Origin: a virus
Lineage: Duplodnaviria; Caudoviricetes
IMG/VR virus record: IMGVR_UViG_3300037851_000065
Span: 1 to 28,909 of that record
Length of the DNA stretch: 28,909 bases
Direction: 5' to 3' (one strand)
Positions 25,226-28,909 of the stretch are shown here, in pieces. The first letter of the stretch is position 1, and each line of letters begins with the position of its first letter. Below the pieces are notes generated by a model, which ran no database searches, was not told the origin of the DNA, and was given only the letters and a program-made list of their open reading frames with translations. The translations under genes and the position numbers were made by a program.

Positions 25226-25488
25226 CAGTCTCTTGACCCGATAATGCTATCGATCAGGTGAATGCACAGCAGCAGCACCATCCCGATAGAGCTCAGAATG
25301 CCCGCCCGGATCAGGTAAACATCAAACCCGTCTCCCCAGATCACCGTCGCCATCAACACCGCCACGTACCCCAGCGACAGGATAGACAACAGCCGCAGCC
25401 ACCGCCGATTTCCCTTCGCGAACAGCAGCCCGTTAACCACGATGCATACCAGGCACAGCCCCAGCACCACCTCCCGGATCAAAATCAC
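25222..25488 (-). CDS. Three-TM membrane protein (88 aa), possible second holin/antiholin
   Basis: GTG at 25488 overlaps the endolysin stop (GTGA); three hydrophobic segments. Confidence 0.7.
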   Translation of the reverse strand: MILIREVVLGLCLVCIVVNGLLFAKGNRRWLRLLSILSLGYVAVLMATVIWGDGFDVYLIRAGILSSIGMVLLLCIHLIDSIIGSRDC

Positions 25489-26480
25489 ACCCTCTCCATC
25501 AACTTCTGCCCGTTGTACTTCACCGCGCACCACTTCCCCGGCTCGATCTCGATCCACACCGTCGAGCCTTCCACATTCAGCACATCCACCACGCTCCCCT
25601 TCGCCAGGTCGCCGATGTCCTTGTAATTCGTCCCCGGACCGCTGCGGATGTTGATCGTCGTCAACGCCCGGAACTGCAGCCCATCCACCGGCTCCGGTTC
25701 GGGCTCAGGCGCCGCCTGAACGTACGGCTTCACCCCAAACACCTTCTCGAAATCCGCTGCGCTCCCGTTGAACCGGTTCCGGTCGATATCATCCGACTCC
25801 GCCCCGTATACCCCCCCTAAATTATTCCCGTCCGCGCTCCACTGCCACAGCGTCCACGTCCGCGGCTGGTTGATCTCCGTCCAGTCCTTCGGCAAAATCG
25901 GCTGCGCAGCATTCGTATAATGCGCCACGTGCAGCCGCTTCGTCTTCGGCCAGTCCGCCCGGTACGTCTGCGTGTCCCACCAGCTCGCCCGGGTATAGAT
26001 CATCTCATCTTCCCTTCCTTCCGCATCCTGCCAGGTCTTGATCAGCTTCTCCAGCCACCCGCCCGTCGCCGTCTTATTCCCTGGCGTCTCCGTGTACTCG
26101 ATATCCCATACCGGTGGCAGCTCGCTCCCCAGCGCCTCGCACGCCACCAAAAAATTCGCCACGTGCTTCCGGTGGTCCTTGCCCACCTTCACGAACCAGT
26201 ACAGCCCGTACGGCAGCCCCGCCTGGCGTGCGTTCTTCGCATTCGCCGCCGCCCTGCCGTCAATTCCATCGTTCCCGTACCCCGCCCGGATGATCACCGC
26301 GTTCGCCCGCTCCCGCAGCCGGAACATATCCACCGTCCCCTGCCACGTCGAAATGTCCACCACCTCGATCGGGTACGTCCCCGGTGCCACCGCACTCGGC
26401 AGCCGCAGGCTCAGCCCCTGCAGCAGATTCTGCTTGTGCGTCCCTCCCATCACCAGCGTCTGATTGTCAATCTCCATCAT
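25485..26480 (-). CDS. Endolysin: GH25 muramidase + PEPEP linker + SH3b cell-wall-binding domain
   Basis: VDISTWQG, IIRAGYG, GLYWF, WDIE, LWQWS, DIDRN; INIRSGPGTNY. Start at 26480 overlaps the holin stop. Confidence 0.93.
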   Translation of the reverse strand: MMEIDNQTLVMGGTHKQNLLQGLSLRLPSAVAPGTYPIEVVDISTWQGTVDMFRLRERANAVIIRAGYGNDGIDGRAAANAKNARQAGLPYGLYWFVKVGKDHRKHVANFLVACEALGSELPPVWDIEYTETPGNKTATGGWLEKLIKTWQDAEGREDEMIYTRASWWDTQTYRADWPKTKRLHVAHYTNAAQPILPKDWTEINQPRTWTLWQWSADGNNLGGVYGAESDDIDRNRFNGSAADFEKVFGVKPYVQAAPEPEPEPVDGLQFRALTTINIRSGPGTNYKDIGDLAKGSVVDVLNVEGSTVWIEIEPGKWCAVKYNGQKLMERV

Positions 26481-26770
26481 CCCTCCGGCTTTGCCACCAT
26501 CATATTTTTCAGCGCATCGTACACCCCGCTCGCCACGATTCCCAGCCCGATCCCATACACCACCGCCGCGAACCACTCCGCAAACGTCGCCGGGAACCCC
26601 ACCGTAGCAAAAATGTACCCACCTCCAAACACCAGCCCGATAATCATCGACACCACCCGCAGCAGATTCCCCGTCACCCCAAACGACTTCACCCACTGCA
26701 CCAGCCCGATCACCACGAACATCAGCGGCACACCCGCCACCACCGCACCCGTATACGCCTCAATCTCCAT
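26477..26770 (-). CDS. Holin
   Basis: 97 aa with three hydrophobic segments, IGLVQWVK and GLGIVASGVYD motifs; immediately upstream of the endolysin. Confidence 0.85.
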   Translation of the reverse strand: MEIEAYTGAVVAGVPLMFVVIGLVQWVKSFGVTGNLLRVVSMIIGLVFGGGYIFATVGFPATFAEWFAAVVYGIGLGIVASGVYDALKNMMVAKPEG

Positions 26771-26828
26771 CTTCAGCTCCTTTCGCGTCCTTCGCGCCCT
26801 TTCGCGCTTTCGTGTTCCAAATCATCCT

Positions 26829-28392
26829 TCAAACACTCCTCAACCCCCTCTTCTGATACACACTCGCCTTCGCCGCCCCGTGCCTCAATGCCCGGTCCAG
26901 CCCCATGATCCCCGCCACGATCCCGTCGATCTTCTCCCGGCTCTTCTGCTTGTTCGGCTTCACGTTCCCCGCCGCATCCGTCGTCACCATCAAATTATCC
27001 GCCATCCAGCGCAGCACCGCCTGCCCGCCGTGCGCCAGCTTGCGGTCCATGACCAGCCGCAATAATTCCTTCGTCGGCCCGCTCATACTGGCGAACCCCT
27101 GCCCAAATCCAACCATCGTAAAACCCAACCCCTCCAACTGCTGGCTCACCTGGAACGCCCCCCACCGGTCGAACGCAATCTCCCGAATATTGAACCGCTC
27201 CCCCAACGCTTCGATCTGCCTCACGATAACCGCATAGTCGATCACATTCCCCTCCGTCGCCGTGATCAGCCCCTGCCGCTCCCACGTCACGTACGGCACC
27301 CGGTCCCGCCGTGATCGCTCCACCAGGTTGTCCTTCGGGATCCAGAAAAAATGGCAACCAGGCGAATCGCTCCTCCTCACCCGACTCCGCCGGAAAAATC
27401 AGCCCCAGCGATGCCAGGTCCGAGCTGCTCGCCAGGTCGAGCCCGCCGTAGCATACCTGACCCTCCAGCAGCTTCGCGTCGATCGGCTCCCCGCACGCAT
27501 CCCACGCCGTCATATCCATCCAGCGGCTCTCCTGCTGCGTCCACTGGTTCAGGTGCAGCCTGCGGAACGTATTCTGATAAGCCGGCACCTGCTCCGCCCG
27601 CCGCGCCTCCGTCTCCAGGTAGTCCAGCTTAACCGTCACCCCCAGCCCCGGGTTCGCCTTCTGCCACACCGCCGGATCCGTCCAGTCGTCATCCTCCTCC
27701 GCCGCCCGGATGTACGCAAAAAACGACTCATCCTCAATAATCCCGCTCAACACCTGCCTGGCATACTCGTGGTACTCCCAGCACACCGACTCCCGGTCAA
27801 AACCCGCCGTCGTGATCGCCACCACCATCGGCTGCCGGCGTGCGCCCGTCGATGTCACCAGCACGTCCACCAGCTCCCGGTTCGGCTGCGCGTGCAGCTC
27901 GTCGATCACCACCCCGTGCGCGTTCAACCCGTGCTTCGTCGGCGCATCCGCCGATAACACCCGGTACGTGCTCATCGTCCCCGGATTCACGATCGCCCGC
28001 TTGTATACCTGGCACCTCTTTGCCAGCTCCGGCGATGTCGCCACCATATCGCTCGCCAGCCCGAACACGATCCCCGCCTGGTCACGGTCCGCCGCCGCAC
28101 TGTACACCTCCGCGCCGTACTCGTCGTCCGCAAAAAATAAATACAGCGCAATCCCCGCCGCTAACGAACTTTTCCCGTTCTTCCTCGGGATCTCGATGTA
28201 CGCCGTCCTATACCGCCGCGTCCCGTCCTGCCGCTTCCACCCAAACAGCGGTCGAATGATCTCTTCCCTCTGCCACCCCTGCAGCTTAAACGATCTCCCC
28301 GCCCACTCCCCCTTCACGTGCACCAGCAGCCGCTCGAAGAACCGCACCGCCCCCTGCGCCGCCCGCTCATCAAACCACAGCCCCTCACTCAC
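26829..28392 (-). CDS. terL: Terminase large subunit, interrupted by a +1 nt frameshift at the A6 run 27346-27351 (sequencing error or pseudogene)
   Basis: Walker A IPRKNGKS, Walker B VVIDELH, ITTAG, GGLDLAS in ORF 26995..28545; IAFDRW and KIDGIVA in ORF 26829..27380. Removing one T gives contiguous WLPFFWIPKDN. Confidence 0.93.
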
Positions 28393-28864
28393 CTTGCTCT
28401 TCCTCCTCCACACCCCCGAACAGGATGTCCGCCAGGCTCTGTTCCCCCTCCGCCTCCATGTCCAGCGTTCTCCGGCTGCGTGGCGAAAAACCGAACTCGC
28501 TCCCGAAACGGTACAGCTGCAGCAGCGCCAGCTTCTTAATTCCAATCCACGGACTCTGGTATTGATAGCCTTTCTCCGTCACCAGCACCCTCCCCGATCG
28601 CTGCAGCTCCGCCTCAGCCTCCAGGTAGTCCGCCCACGCCTGGCAGTACCCCGCAAACATCCCCCTGTCCACCACCGTCAGCAGCCCTAACCGCCTCAGC
28701 TCCCCAGCGATCCGGTTCCACTCTGCGCGTCCCTCCTCTGGGAGGTGCTTTGGCGCGTAACCCAGCAATATCTCTGGTTGCGCCCCTTCCCGTTTTAATG
28801 CCCTTTTCCCCGGGTTTCCGGCTAATTTCTGTAGCCGTGTGGGCTTTGCAGCAGGCCCTGGCAT
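28385..28864 (-). CDS. terS: Terminase small subunit, P27 family
   Basis: KPTRLQKLAGNPGKR, PKHL…EWNRI, D…YCQAW, EFGFSPRSR; start set at ATG 28864. Confidence 0.93.
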   Translation of the reverse strand: MPGPAAKPTRLQKLAGNPGKRALKREGAQPEILLGYAPKHLPEEGRAEWNRIAGELRRLGLLTVVDRGMFAGYCQAWADYLEAEAELQRSGRVLVTEKGYQYQSPWIGIKKLALLQLYRFGSEFGFSPRSRRTLDMEAEGEQSLADILFGGVEEEEQGE

Positions 28865-28909
28865 GCTAACCCCCCCCCATATCGCCACCTGCGCCCGCGT
28901 CTGCATGAC

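Larger units (their letters stand above)
1777..26820 (-). repeat. Family A dispersed repeat, mRNA-sense TTGGAACACGAA-(NGACGCGAA)n; copies at 1777-1815, 11675-11737, 12463-12503, 13966-14006, 16743-16798, 18549-18606, 18988-19028, 22447-22487, 24780-24845, 26781-26820 and a variant at 23331-23370
   Basis: Each copy read directly; all share one orientation and a ~9-nt period. Confidence 0.92.
2005..28909 (-). mobile_element. Tailed phage/prophage virion morphogenesis operon (HK97-type head, siphovirus-type tail); continues beyond the right edge
   Basis: Co-oriented, tightly packed terminase, portal, protease, capsid, connector, tail tube, chaperone, tape measure and Dit genes, many with ATGA/GTGA overlaps. 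No sheath gene is seen. Confidence 0.97.

Noticed and set aside
26829-27380. Separate 183-aa gene or intron/intein-split terminase
   Set aside because: It is the C-terminal part of TerL; a single-base deletion restores continuity with no intervening sequence.

Overview
This window holds almost the whole late (virion) operon of an HK97-type, long non-contractile-tailed phage or prophage, read on the minus strand from right to left. The order is: P27-type small terminase; large terminase (split by a 1-nt frameshift in an A6/T6 run); a lysis cassette unusually placed between terL and portal (holin, GH25+SH3 endolysin, two membrane proteins); a small membrane protein; portal fused to a MuF-like domain; prohead protease; major capsid; an AT-rich HNH endonuclease; a six-gene cassette of four glycosyltransferases, a SAM methyltransferase and an alpha/alpha-barrel enzyme; head-tail joining genes; tail tube; frameshifted tail chaperones; tape measure; Dit; hub; tail adsorption proteins; and three tandem paralogous receptor-binding-like genes. 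A terminator at about 1740-1762 ends the operon. Three small AT-richer accessory genes follow, converging on the 3' end of a plus-strand gene. Four observations stand out: (1) a candidate virion glycosylation/methylation system inside the head module; (2) four families of short, same-orientation repeats at many gene junctions, some supplying start or stop codons or sitting in frame within proteins; (3) a portal-clip-like segment fused to the N-terminus of the prohead protease; (4) a triplicated RBP cassette with homogenised junctions. All protein assignments come from reading motifs and synteny by eye; no database search was run. The host is not determined (Chloroflexota/Anaerolineae is only a guess).
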